DNA from: Chara braunii
Lineage: Eukaryota; Plantae; Charophyceae
NCBI GenBank assembly: GCA_003427395.1
Contig: BFEA01000024.1
Span: forward strand, 919,277-983,276
Reading direction: 5' to 3'
Length of the DNA: 64,000 nucleotides
Positions within the stretch are counted from its first letter, which is position 1. Every line of letters starts with the position of its first letter. Shown one piece after another: positions 47,870 to 61,490 of this stretch. The translations under genes and the position numbers were made by a program. The notes beneath the pieces were generated by a model. It saw only the letters and a list, made by a program, of their open reading frames with translations, was not told the origin of the DNA and did no database searches.

Positions 47870-50610
47870 AGGAGTTTAAGATGCGGTATGCGCACTTTGA
47901 GTGGTTTGAACCATGGACTTCGATATGATTTTGGGGTATGGGTTTCCTCTGAGGAGTTTAAGATGCGGTATGGGCACTTTGAGTGGTTTGTCATGCCTTT
48001 CGGTCTCAGTGTGTCACCAATGCCCAGGCGACTTTTTTTTTCCTTCTTTTTTTCTTTTTTAAGGTTGTGCAGGTTGGAGACAGTCTTAGGGGGGACCCAT
48101 GTCGCACGGTCGTTGAGGGCAGTCCCACCAGGAGGGCCGGCGCGTCGAGCCTTCCTACGCTATCGGAGCAGGTACTACACTTGCCAAGCAAAACCCACAA
48201 CCGATGGCCCTGCCCGCAACGGTATCTTATGCCCATCCCTTCCCCACACTCCCCGCACACACACACACACACACACACTGAACCAGCTAAGACTCTTTGA
48301 TGATAGTACTCATCCTTACGTAGCTGCGATGACCAACGAGTTTTGGGCTATGTTGGACCGGTTTGTGCTGCTCTACTTCGATGACATCCTCGTCTATATC
48401 CGAACCTTGGAGGACAATCTTGAGCATCTTCGACACGTATTGGAGACTCTTCGCCGCGCCAAGTACAAGGCCAACTGTAACAAGTGCAAGTCCGTATGTC
48501 AAGAGTTGGAGTACTTGGGCCACTTTGTCACACTTGAGGGGATTAGTCCGTTGTCTGACAAGATCCAAGTCGTCCAAGAGTGGACAGAACCCGAAAAGTC
48601 ACCCATGTTTGTTTATTTCTCGGACTTGCCAGCTACTACCAACACTTCATCAAAGGCTATTCGAAGATCGCGAATCATTTGACCAAGCTTCAATGTGAGG
48701 ATCGGCCATTTACTTCGATAATGATGCGGGGGCTTGTTTCACGACTCTCAAAGCCACGTTGCTATCCGCACAAGTCTTGCATATTTATGACCCGCTTTTG
48801 CCAACGCACGTCACTACCGATACGTTTGTCTATGGCATTGGTGCCGTCCTCCACCAACACGATGGCGTGGATTGGCACCCGCTCGAGCACTTTAGCAAGA
48901 AGATGTCTCCCGTGCACTCGATTGACGATGTGAGAAAGGAGTTGTTGGCCTCCGTCCACGCACTCAAGAGATGGCAACATTTTCTCGGTTGACGCCAATT
49001 CCAGTGGGCTACGGATAACAATCCATTGGTGTTCTACAAAACGCAAGACACGGTCAATAGCACGATTGGTCGTTGGATGACTTTCATTGACCAGTTTGAC
49101 TTCTTCCTCGATCACATTCCAGGAAAGCCAAACCATTTTGCGGATGCGCTTTCACGACGTTCGGACTTTTGCGCCGTAGTCTACTCCACGTTCGAGATCA
49201 ACAAGGACTTGCAGCTAGAAAAATGGCGAATAAACCCGGATGAGTTGCTAAGAAACTCTGAGTAAATTTTTGAGAAAAGTTAGCCAGTTGACTATCGATT
49301 TGTTCAGTGATTGTTTTTTGTTGTGCAATAGTAGAAAGAAAACTCGGATCGATTGATTTCAACAACTCTGGTTCGTATTTAAGAATGTGAGAAATCTGAA
49401 TTTGATTTAATTAACCTTTAAGTTTTATCCGCGGATATCAAGCCAACACCGATTTTCGAGATTGCTATGCCAACTACTCCTCGACAAACTCGACACCTTA
49501 GAATTATCGGGTCCAAGAAGGGTACTTGCTCGTCCATTCACGGCGGAAGGATCTTCTTTGCGTGCCAAGTGATCCCCACTTACATACGTGGCTTCTTGGC
49601 GAGTTCCGCAGTGCTCCCATGGGTGGACACTTCGGTGTCAATCCCACGATTGGCCACTCCGCGAGCGCTTTCATTGGCCCGGCCTTCTCGGCGACGCCAC
49701 GCGCTATTGTGAGTCATGCGAGGTTTGCAAGCGTTGCAAGTCCCGCAATCATCGTCCGTTTGGCGAGTTGTGACCTTTACCTGTTCCCATGCAACGACAC
49801 ACATAGATATCCATGAACATCACTGGGCCATTTCCCAAGCATAAGTCCGGCTTCGATGGCATTCTCACGCAGGTGGATCGGCTCACCAAGTTCGCCATGT
49901 TTTTGCCTTGTCGCTATCTCGCCAAGGCACCGGAATTGTCCGAGGTTCTCTTTGTCGGTTGGATACGCACCAAGGGTTTGTCGGTTGGATACACACCAAC
50001 GGTTACCCTAAGGAGACTGTGTGCGACCGCAACGCTCCGTTCATGTTTGATTTTTGGACTGGCCTTGTCAAGCGATGGGGATCGTCGCTTAAGTTGAGTT
50101 CCGCTTGTCACCTGCAGACCGTCGACCAAACAAAGAGAGTGCACAAAATCGTGCAGGTTCTTCTTCGCACTCTCATGTGTCCAGACCAAAAGGATTGGGT
50201 TGAGCGTCTGCCGGACATTGAATTGGCTTACAACGCCTCCATCCATTCGGCTATCGGCCTTTCTCCATTCGAGTTCGAGCATGGCTCGTCGACCAGCTTT
50301 CCTGTAGATACTATCATTCCGCGGACGATCAAGAGGGATGACCACAATACCTTTATTCGACGAATGCAAGAGCTTCTTGTCAAGGCACGGGATCAGATGT
50401 TGAAGACGCAGCAGCGCATGAGCTGACACGCCAACCGCCACCGTCTTCCTTACCTGTTCCAGAAAGGCGACCTTGTTCGGGTCTCTGCCGCAAAATTCAG
50501 CCTTGAAAAAGATCTCTCTCACAAGCTCATTCCGAAATGGATGGGGCCTTGGAGCATCACCGCGCATGCTGGGGACGCACCGGATGGGCCCCTGTTTGTT
50601 ATTGCGGCAA
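47870..50610 (+). pseudogene. Ty3/gypsy pol remnant (RT, RNase H, integrase) with small insertions
   Basis: YGHFEWFVMPFG, YFDDILVY, LEYLGH, TDTFVYGIGAVL, ADALSRR, GGHFG..CEVC, VDRLTKFA, IELAYN. Insertions at about 48033-48310 (starting with a T run) and 49210-49420. Confidence 0.88.
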
Positions 50611-53499
50611 GAAGCCCATCGAGTACTTGGCACACTTTTCGTATTGCAACCATAAGGCTGATCGTTGGTTGACCCATGTTGAACTGTAGGCTATGGCCCC
50701 CGACGTTCTTGCATGACATGAATGCAAACAGCAAGGCAAGACGACACCTTCGGCTCCATGTCGTACTTACATTCAATTTGACGAAGACCAATGGGCCTGC
50801 TGTAACAGCGTGGGTACCGGCGCATTATGACGTAGAGGTGTTGTTCATTGGACAACACCTTCGGCTCCAGCAGCAGGCGCATTATGATGAAGACCACCAG
50901 AGTCCAATGATGAAGAACGCGTCGATGAAGACGACCACGACAATTCAAAGGAATCTGCGACGGTATGAAGAAGAACATCACAGCGGCTCAAAGGAGAAGA
51001 GGAAAACAGTCACGTCTATCCCCATTCATCCCGCGCTCGCTCCTTCTTTTTCTCTTCTTCTTCTTCTTCTCACGCTGGTCATCTCATTGTTTGCCCGTTC
51101 ACTCACCATCTCGCTGTTTGCCTGCGCTGGCTAACTCCAATCATTAGTCACATTTCTCTTTCCAATCACGTTCTCGTCCATGCGATCGCTCCACACACTA
51201 TTCCCCCTTCCACATTCTTTGCATGATCGTCTCTCTTCCTTCTCTCATCGCATTATACATTGCCAAATTTTAAATGAACCTGCCCTATATCCAAGGGCAG
51301 GTACATTTCAAAGCAAAATTAGAAAATAAAAAAAAAACTAAAATAAGTTTGTGCTTGGATCCGGCTTACGCCTGCTTTCTCTATCACAGGACGCCCTCTG
51401 TTTTCTCTCCCTTCATATTCTCTTCCTCCGCATGCACGCACATGTGTGTCCTCCCGGCTATGCTCGACATTCTCCCTGTGCGTGATCCTTCTCTACCTTG
51501 TTGTCATCCTCATCGTCGTTGTCTCGTTCTGGTCGTCGTATCCGTCCTCTTCTTTGTCCAGTCCATTGCCTACCCGTGCCTCCGGCCTCACTCACTTTTA
51601 GTTCCCATGGAACTTGATCGCAACCTCGACCAGGTTAATGCTGAATAAAACTGGTCAGAAAGGGACAGACAGCCACACAGGAGAGCGGTCACGAACGTAA
51701 TGAAGCTGGCCACACAAACACTACCGAGGACTAGCGGCACTGCGATCAGAAGGACATCACCCCAATTGGCTTTGTGAACAACACCATGCCCTGGGAGCAA
51801 ACGAGGGCGCCAACGAGTAGGTTGAGTGGAGGCTACGATTTCAAACATGGGACTGCGATATCGAGCTTTGTTTCGCTAGTGAGCAAAATGAGAATGAATC
51901 TTCCACTAGATCAAGAAAAGATACATCGCCATAAAGTGGAATGAATGCTGCTTCTTTCTCGTCTTCTACCATCACCTCCTTAGTCATCTCCTTACCTTCT
52001 TCCTCTTCTTCATCCCCTTCCCCATTCGTCATCTTCTTTTATCTCCTCCTTTTCTTTGTTGTGACCTCATGCTCGTTTTTTTCCTTACCACACGCTCATC
52101 ACCGTTCACTCTTCATCCACATTCTCTTACACTTCGCTGTGAAGAATTCGGTTCACGCTTTAACACTCAACTGTGTAGGGTGCAGAAAAGGGTAGGACTC
52201 GCAACCGCCTTTGTGGTTGTCTAGTGTCAAAAGGTTAACCGCGCATGTCAGCCGACACTTGAGTGTCGAAAGCAACCCTCAAGACCAATGAGGGCCACAT
52301 GATTATGGGTACTACATAGTACACCATCGCTGTGATTGCTTGCACATGCATGGCTAGTCGATATAACTAGGGCTTGTGTCACAGCAGTATTTATTGAGAG
52401 CCTAGCGCACAATACTCATCTAAATCTTCCAGTGAAAGTTATGGGTCAAGTGTGGAAGAAGGGACTAGGCGCGAATTACGTATGTGGTTTGATTTTGTTT
52501 TCATGAGATGTATCGCGTGGTTAGATTTGACCGTCCTAGTCGACCGGTGTAGGGTCGCGCTCGAGAGATCAGCGCCTCGGGCGACGATTCGCGCACGGGT
52601 TCGATTCGGGTATTAACTGCGCGTACCCCCTATGCTATTGCGAACGAGAAACGCCCTCGGTCAGGCCACCTTTGCGATTGCATACGAAAAACCTTCGCAT
52701 GTGGTTCGGTAGCTCGATGGGGATACGCCCACCTAAGGGATGGTGACAACTCCCACTGGTGGAGGTAAGTTGTACCTCGCGTGACCCTATATTGTCGTAG
52801 AGGTTCGCGAGAGGTATGGCTGGCGCACTCGGCCGGAGCGGCAATGCTCTGCGACGAAGTCTGCAAAAGTCTACGTGCCGCCGCCGAGAGGGGCCCCTCT
52901 ATGGGACAGATGCACTAGGCAGGTGGCGTCGTTGCCGAGGATCTCGGCTGCCTACCGGGGTCCTTAAGTGAACGAACCCAGGTTACAATCAGGCTGATGA
53001 TCCTGGCAAAACGACAATTTTTGCTAATAAGTGAGTGATGAGCGGTGTGTATTGCACTATTGAATAGTGGTGTGTAGTAGGAACGCCTATGTACTTCGAC
53101 ACCTAGTAGTGGCAACTGCAATTAGAAATTTGTGGATCGAGGTACCATAGAGTAATTTGGACGACGCTAGGCGTATCTAATGTCGTAGATTGCCCGTCGT
53201 TTGCATTGATGCGACTCTGCGTGTTCGGTTACCCGAGCAAGGATCTTTGGTACTTGAACACAGCCGCTAAGCTACCTAAGTTGTCGCGACGGTGTCATGG
53301 CACACATGCTTTCGTATAGTTGTGAGGATCCCTTCCTATAAGAGTGGAGGAATCACTGTAAAGGGATTATTGGTAACTCTGAATAAATGTCAGTTATAAT
53401 AGAAACTGGTAGAAAGAGTTTGGTTAGGGTAGGTCTGTATGAAGGGTTGATAATGTATTTTGTTTTGCGATGCATTTTCAGGGAAAAATCAATAGTGAG

Positions 53500-54335
53500 T
53501 GAAATGGCAGACGCAGACGGAAGCCTGTCGCAAGGAGGGCTAGTAAATCGGGTCATATCGACTGATGAACTGGTTAAAGCATTGGAGAAGACGGATGTGG
53601 TGCGGTCTCAGCTACCAAAGGTTGATATCTTTCATTTCAAAAGAGAGGTATCAGAACTGCTGGAACAGATCTTAGTGGAAGCTACAGAGGCTGATATTTT
53701 TTTACGAATGCCAAGGTATGTTTGGTGGGAAATGCGGCCAGAGGTAACCAAGGTCGCAGCCGATGTAGCTGGAAGTTGAGAGGGTTGTAAAGATGAAATG
53801 TGAAGGTGTTTCAGGTTGGGCGATGGTCTGTTCACAGTGGCTGATCTATGAGCTCTAAGTAGAGATGATGTTACTACGGTCGGAGCTTTCCCCACCGACT
53901 TTGAGAAAATGGCGAGAAAGGTGTCAGGCATGGCAGAGGAAGAGCAATGCGCCATGTTCGTGGGAAATTTTTCCCAGACTGAGGCGGCGGCCCTGACTGA
54001 AAAGGGGGTGGTACCAAAAAAGCTAATGTGGGCAGCCATCAAGAGGAGTGTGGCTGATGGGGTACTAGATCTACCTCTTCCAAATGAGGCAGGAGAGGCA
54101 TAAAAGGAAAGCTAGAGAGGCCATAGTGAGTGGTGGGGCAGATGTCAGGAAAATGTAGAGGAAGTGGTAGCCCAGTTGGAAGCTACGAAGGAAGCAAGTG
54201 CTCCAAAGAAGGTTATGGCTGTGTTGCAAGCACTTAAGAAAGGGAAACACGTGGTGAGAGAAGAGGTGGTAGAAAAGGAAGAAGAAGAGGAGGAGGAGGA
54301 GCCCAAGCCGCAGAAATTGACAGAGGCAAGCAGGT
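53500..54335 (+). pseudogene. Probable decayed gag N-terminal region of another LTR element
   Basis: Purine-rich broken reading frame (QLPKVDIFHF..RYVWW..TTVGAF..FEKMARKV) following a long leader-like region; no pol follows. Confidence 0.45.
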
Positions 54336-54339
54336 AATT

Positions 54340-57300
54340 GATGAACATCTTGCTGCTGAGACAGAAACGACGACTGGCATCACTGAGATGCCTTCAGCAG
54401 GTCCACTTGGAGAAAGGACTAGTATCGAGCCAGTGGTCCGTGAGGTGACCCCAGGGCGAGCCACTCATGACATGAGGGAGACCCCAGAGAAGCGGCAACG
54501 CTCTGCGACGAAGTCCTGCAAAATCCTGCGCGACGCGGCCCAGAGGGTCCCCTCTGTGGGACCGATGTGCTCGACAGCGGTGCCTCTGAAGGGCCCTGGT
54601 CGAAGCACGGGTCACGGTCACCATGCCAACCCATGGGAGTAGAGCACGCGTGCTTTGTTGCTTTGTCCTTTAAGCTCTTGCTGCGTTGTAGAAGGAACGT
54701 GGACTGACCAGTCCTATGCAAGACGTTTACCAGACCGTCTATAAATCGTTTCTGGCGGGATCTGATCTGAACACTGGCTGTGATCGTCGTCTTGTCTGCG
54801 ACGTTAAATAATTCCTGAGGACCTTGGGGGCTGTCCTTAAACTGCCTCTTGATCAGCCAGATCAATCACATGTACGCTCGTTGCACGCGAGGATAAATAA
54901 CGAGCAGTATTGGTCATAAGTGGGTTCCTCGGCACAGGGGTAGGCCGTTGTGCACATGACAAACACTGCTGCTTGATGATGTAAGTCAGGCTCGTTGTAT
55001 ATAGGGGAAGGGAAGGTTCCAATTGGTGCTCGTACACAAACACAATTATCTCCATTACCGCATACATCTGTGCACTTGATCTATTTTTATTTGGATTAGT
55101 TGAGGTGTGACAGATTGCTAACACCTGGCAGACAAAATTAGTTTAGAACTGTAGTAGTCTACCATTGCCAGTTCTGTGTGATGCTGTTGTAGGAGAACTA
55201 ATCGGAGTAGGAATAGATCAATTGCTCAATCTGTGTATAATATGTTGACACCACTCGATAGCCCGAGAGACTTGCCAAATATTTATTTATTTATAATTAT
55301 TTTTCAACTTGGTCAGACACATGTTGTGGTAGGCTTCAGTGAGGGCACTAGTGCAGACAGTGATTTGCTTAGCTGATGAGCGGTACAGATAGTGGTGAAG
55401 GGACAGCTGACCATAGGAGGCAAACGTGGCAGGATACACAAAGGATTCCGGTAGTGTTTCAGGTTCTGCTACCAGGGGACGAGAGAAAGTTCCGGGCCGG
55501 AGCAAGGGCCCGACATTTGCAGACTGCGAGGGAGGCAACAGCAGCTGTGGAACAAGTGTTAGCGGCAGTAGCAGCTAGCACTATAGCAATGGCTACATCT
55601 GCAACGACCTCTCAAGGTCAGCTGACGTCAGGAACATAATCTAGTTCATCCGCCTCATCCAGTGGGATGAGTGCAGGACCTTCCACAAGGCTCGCAATAC
55701 TACTCGCTACCTCCACGCACTAGAGAGGCCATAGAACTCCAGCAAGTGGAGTTAATCCGCTTACAATTAGAGAGGAACTTAGGGAAGCTACTGAAAGAGA
55801 AACTGAGATTAGAAATAGGAAAGCCAGATTTGAGAGCAAAAGGGCGGATAAAGCTGCAATAGAAAGTTTCGATGACTCGACCCTTGATGCCACGAGTAAA
55901 ATCCTCAAGGCGGGTATGCTGAGCATGTACGGATACCCTTGACCAGATACTGAATGCCATACAGACAAGAGGAGGACCACATCCCTCCTTAGCTGGTGGG
56001 CCCAATGTCCGGCTGCAGGCAGCATTTCATCGCCAGTAATAACACCGGCGATGGCAGACCCATTTGCCACTCAATTTGGTACCCCACCAAGTGGTACGTC
56101 AGCTGCAGCAACACAGACTGATTCTTCTTCATCTTCGGTCCATCTGCTGGTGCTATGGGGCAGCAACCAGTTCCACAAATGGGACTACAGCAGCCTTGGT
56201 ACCCCAAGACACCACTGAAACCACCCCCGTCTTTCTCAGGAGATAAGAAGGACGAGGCACTTGACACATGGTTGAGGACAGTTCCAGTATGGGTTAGGGC
56301 GAAGAGGATGTTGCGAGAAGAAGAGGTGTTGCCGCCTCATATCTTGAGGGATCGACAACGAAATGGCTAGATGGAATAGTGGCATCCGAGGTGTTCAGTC
56401 GTAGGATGAATGATTGGGCAAAGACCCACACACTAGAGAGCTTCATGGCGTTGGTTGAAACGCGATGGCACAACCCATAGAAGGCCCAACAGGCCACCGA
56501 TGTGTTGGCCCGGATTGATACCAGAAGATACAAGTCCGCGTGTGAGCTCACCCCCACCGTGGAGAAACTCATAGTCGTACTGGGAGTCTGCTATGATCCA
56601 CAAGTCTTGCCAACCATGCATCTAAGATGTTTTCCCACAAACATCAAAAACCTGATGGTCAGCGAGGCAAGCATCGATTATCACACTCTTGACTCCTTCA
56701 GCAAGAAGGCCCTAGATTTAGAGGCCAAGCTAGGAGGAGCACAACAACCTGCCACAGACGTTAGGAAAAAGAAGGCCCCACAATAATGGAAGAAGAAGGG
56801 TAGTCGGTTGATGGGAATCAAACTGATCGATGATCTCTCCGATCTTATGGAGGAAACAAAGATGGGTGGCAAGGAGAGTGCAAAGGGTGGCAACCTCGCC
56901 GCCATAACCAAAGGAAAGGCAACTAGCCGCGGCAAGGGCGGTCAACAAACGAGTCAGGGGCAGACCCAAAACTCAGACAAGACTCCAACTTGGGTGAGGG
57001 CGAGCCTAGATCAGGATGTGTGGAGGGACCAGGATTCGTGTGGAGCTTGCATAAACTGCGGTGTGTATGGTCATCAACAGTTTAAGTGCAAGAAGACCAA
57101 CGTCTTTCAAAAGATTCCGCCCAAAGGTGGTTTGGGGGGATCTTTCGCCTAGAGTGGTGCTTCTACGAACGCCAATCAGGGGAACAAATTCGGCCAGTAA
57201 AAGTTATAGTTGCTTCTACTCATGCTGAAGTGGTTGATGTACCCTCACCACTTCAGGAGTTGGCCGAAGCTATTAACTCACTTGTCACCCCGCATGCACA

Positions 57301-60300
57301 TTCTGACCAAACGACACTTTGTTCGTTGGATGTGTCTGAAGCCTTAGAAGACTTAGAAACAGAGTGGTCGGCAAGGGACCCTCGTGAGTCTTGGGTGGCA
57401 CTATCCAGAGGTCCTAGAGGGGAGCATTTCGTTGTGGAAGTCCGTGTAGGTGGCCGCAAGTGTGGTGCCTTCGTAGACATTGGCTCCACGCGGAACTTCA
57501 TAATTCGCAACTACGTTGAGAGACTGCGCCTAGGGGACTGGGTGCAGCGGTTGGGTAGATCCTTAGCATCTACTCGAGCCAACAAAGAGCGCATGGTTGT
57601 GAGTGACTATGTCAAGGACGTAGTCTGCACCTTCTACTATGGAGGTGGGGAACTAAATTATAAGATTTCATTCCTAGTTAGCGATGACTACCATTTGACA
57701 TGTTGTTAGGTATGTACTACCTCGAGCTTGCGAAGCCCCAGTTCGACTAGGACCGAAAGTATACTACCGGAAGGGAGGACATGCAGACTTGCCAAATATA
57801 AGGCTAGCAGTCTGATAGACACTTATGGTTGCATGTGTGCATCATCATTCTACAATTACCATAAACATAACCAAGAGGAGGGTATGTACTTAGTCTTTGT
57901 CTCTAAGAAAGGGGAGGTCGTTCAGTCAGCCTCAGAGATAGAAGTTGTCGTTGTTAAGTGCCCTGATCAGTTCAAGGACCCTTCAAGAGTCGTAGACAGG
58001 GAGGTTGTCCATGCTATAGAAATCATCCCAGGTAGCAAGACACTAAAAGGGATAATCTATAGGATGGCTTCGACCGAGTTGGATGAGTTTCGTCGGCAAC
58101 CGAAAGAGCTTACAGAAAAGGGTTGGATTTGGCCTAGTACCTCCCCCTTCGGCTCACCAGTTCTATTTGCCCTGAGGAAGGGGGGCCAATGAGGATGTGC
58201 ATTGATTATAGAGGCCTCAATGCCATCACCGTTAAAAAACGCAAAGCCTCTGCCACGCATCGACGACCTTTTGGATAGGGTGCAGGGATGTAAATACTTC
58301 ATCAAGATAGATTTAAAGTTCAGTTACCATCAAATTGTGATTAGAGCAGAGGACCAACAAAAAATCGCATTTCAGACTAGCGGTCTGTACGAGTTTGTGG
58401 TAATGCCCTTTGGACTTTGCAAGGCACCGGACACATTCCAGCGCGCCATGAATAAGATATTCCATGACTACTTGGATAAGTTCATCGTCGTGTACCTCGG
58501 TCGTACCAAAATCTTATACTTGGGTCATGAGATATCCGCGGAAGGGACAAGGTCCGAAGATGCCAAGATGGCTAGCATTCGTGACTGGCCACGACCCCAG
58601 TCTGTGACTGAGGTCTGGTCTTTCTTCGGGATGTGTGGCTACTACCGCAATTTCGTGAAGAATTAGAGTACGGTAGTCTCCCCTTCGACTGATCTAACAC
58701 GCCTTGACACACCATCGGAATGGACAAACACATGTGAGGCTTCTTTCAAGAGGTTGAAGTACGCCCTCACTCATCATGAGATTCTCATGGTCCCCTATCC
58801 GAAGAGGCCATTCGTTGTGACCACTGAGGCAAGCCAATACAGCATTGGCGCAGTGTTGGGCCAACGGGAAGGGAAAAAGTCGAGGTCGATCGAGTACATG
58901 AGCCGGAAGATGCATCAAAGAAGTTGGCAAAGTCCACCTACGAAAGGGAACTCTACACCCTTTACAAGGCTCTTGTCCACTGGAGACACTATCTGTTAGG
59001 AAGGTTCTTCTACTTGAGAACTGACCATCGGACACTCAAGTGGACCAAGACACAACCTGTCCTCTCCGACGCACTCAACCGTTGGATTGAAGTCATTGAT
59101 CAGTATGACTTCAAGCTAGACTATGTGAAGGGAGAGTACAACAAGGTTGTTGACGCGCTGTCACGTAGGGCAGACTACAAAGGTGCGCTAATAACTGAAT
59201 TTGGCTTATCTGACGATGTAACTCGGTCAATGGGGGAATCATACAAGGAAGGCCCCGTCACGATGGGTATCATGCGCAAAGTTGAGGCCCAAGACAAGGC
59301 CACATCAGATGAGTTTGTGATGGTAGATGGGTTACTCTTTCTTGAAAAGGTAGGATTCAAAAGAATTAGTTGTTCCATCTAGTGAAATTTTGCATAGTTT
59401 GTTTCTAGGTGAGTGCCATGATGCGACAGGTCATTTCGGTTACAAGAAGACTAGTGCTTTAGTGCAACGTTTCTGGTGGCCTGGTATGCTCGACAATACG
59501 AAGAAGTACGTCCAGACTTGTTAGGTCTGCCAGCGGGACAAGCCACGAACTCAAGCTATGTTTGGGTTACTCAAGCCCTTGCCCATTCCTGCAGGTTCCG
59601 GACAGTGTTTCCATGGATTTCATGGATACCCTCGTGACCAGCAAGAGTGGCAAGGGGCACATCTTCGTCATAGTAGACCGGTTCACTAAGTATGCTAGAC
59701 TAATCGCCATGCCCGAGACAACAAAGATTGAACACACCATCAAGTTATTCATGGATAACTGGGTGCGTGACTTTGCACTGCCCAAAACCATTGTTAGTGG
59801 CAAAGATGTCTAATTCACAAGTGAAATGTGGAAGAAGGCTGTTGAACAGATGGGCAGTCAACTGCAAATGACTTCGGGGAATCATCCCGAAGCAAATGGT
59901 CAAGCAGAACAGATGAACCATGTGGTGCAACATTTGTTGAGGCATTACATCAAGCCCAGCCAAGATGACTGGGATGAGAAACTTCCTCTCATCGCCCAGT
60001 CTGTACAATAACGCTGTACACAACACCATCGGCGTCAGTCCCAACCAGCTGCATTTGGGATGGAAGCCTAGATCTGCTCTAGACTTCCTCCTACCTGAAA
60101 ATCGACCCACTGCAATGCCTGGAACTATTGAATTTGGTGTCCAGTATGAGAAACTGTTGCAGAAGGCTGTCGAGCATATCAGAAAATCTCAAGTGGCAAT
60201 GATTGCCTCTGAGAACAAGCATAGACGACAGTCCACATTTCAGGTAGGGGAACGCGTCTTGCAATACCCGGCCTGATATGCCCTGAAGTGGTCCTCAGGC

Positions 60301-61490
60301 CACACGCAGGCCGCGACCCCGGTCCGAGGCCACAAAGGCCAGGGGAGAAATTCCCTTGTTGACCCAGGGCTTGTGCGCCTGACAGTTGACTTTGGTCAAC
60401 TGCCCAGGGGGCCAAGAATCAAAGTCTGTATGTACCCAGCCCAGGCTGCCGGTTAGAAACACACACTTGTTTGTATGCAGGTACCAAGACAGCATCAGGA
60501 CCAAGTGAAAGTCTGCAACTGTACAGGCCCTTGACTGTGAGTCAATCTGGGCCACTGTGGGTGGGAGACCTGAGGCAGGTCAACTCGGTCAATCACTACA
60601 TAAGACCCTGCCTCTAGGGGGTAAACATTCAGTCTTGCTGGCTTGACGCTGGCTTGACGCTGGCTGTGTGCTGGCACTGTGGACGACGACGCGGGGCTGA
60701 GGCAGCATGCTGGCGCCTTCTCTGCTGAGCGCCAGCTTCTGCTGATGTGGCGCATGCCACCTGTCTTCATTGCTGATGTGGTGCATGCCACCTGTCTTCA
60801 TTGCTGATGTGGCATTGGCCATGCTGTCTACATTGGGTGACTGGACGCGACAAGGTGGGAGATCGGGATATGTGGATGATTGAGGAGGATCGGGATACTT
60901 ACCTGAGGTTGATGTCCATACTGTGCGCTGTTGATTGTCTCCAACATCTTCACGAGAGAACTGTGCCACGTGGCACTTCGATGTGATCAGGATTGGTCAG
61001 GCTCGTTACTGGATACTGTTTTGCTGACGTGGAGGCGAGGGAAGCCCGAAGGAGTGGGGAATGTTGGGCTACTCTCTGTGTGGTCATTGATGTACATTCT
61101 CTTCCACCTTCTACTCTGTCTATTCCCCCTCCACTCTCTTCTATTCCCCCTCCACTCTCTTCGTCTACTGGAAACGAGACATTGTATCAGAGATTGCATT
61201 CATGATTATTGGGGACACTGTTCAGAGTTGAGTTACTTTGTATTTCAACATCTGTCGAGTATCTTACAGACTGGGTTCATTACAGTCTGGGTAAAGGCTA
61301 GTGAACTGGGACAGGAATTTGTCATCTCTAGAAAACTAATGCCACAGTACTTCGGTCCTTGGGAATTCCTAGATATCGTGGGTAGTGATCTTGATGGCCC
61401 CTCGTACGTCATAAGTATCCCTGGTCGTCTGCGCACTTACCCTGTATTTCACGCTTCCAAGCTTGCACCTTTCGCTGAGACAGAACAGTC
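54340..61490 (+). mobile_element. Ty3/gypsy element, decayed gag-pol, interrupted by a solo LTR
   Basis: gag PPSFSGD..LDTWL, Zn knuckle [85 protein letters not shown]. Confidence 0.92.
60260..61284. mobile_element. Solo LTR (1025 bp) with 4-bp TSD
   Basis: TGCAAT...ATTACA termini flanked by GTCT (60256-60259 and 61285-61288). Removing it restores the integrase tail ..VGERV/WVKASEL. Confidence 0.88.
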
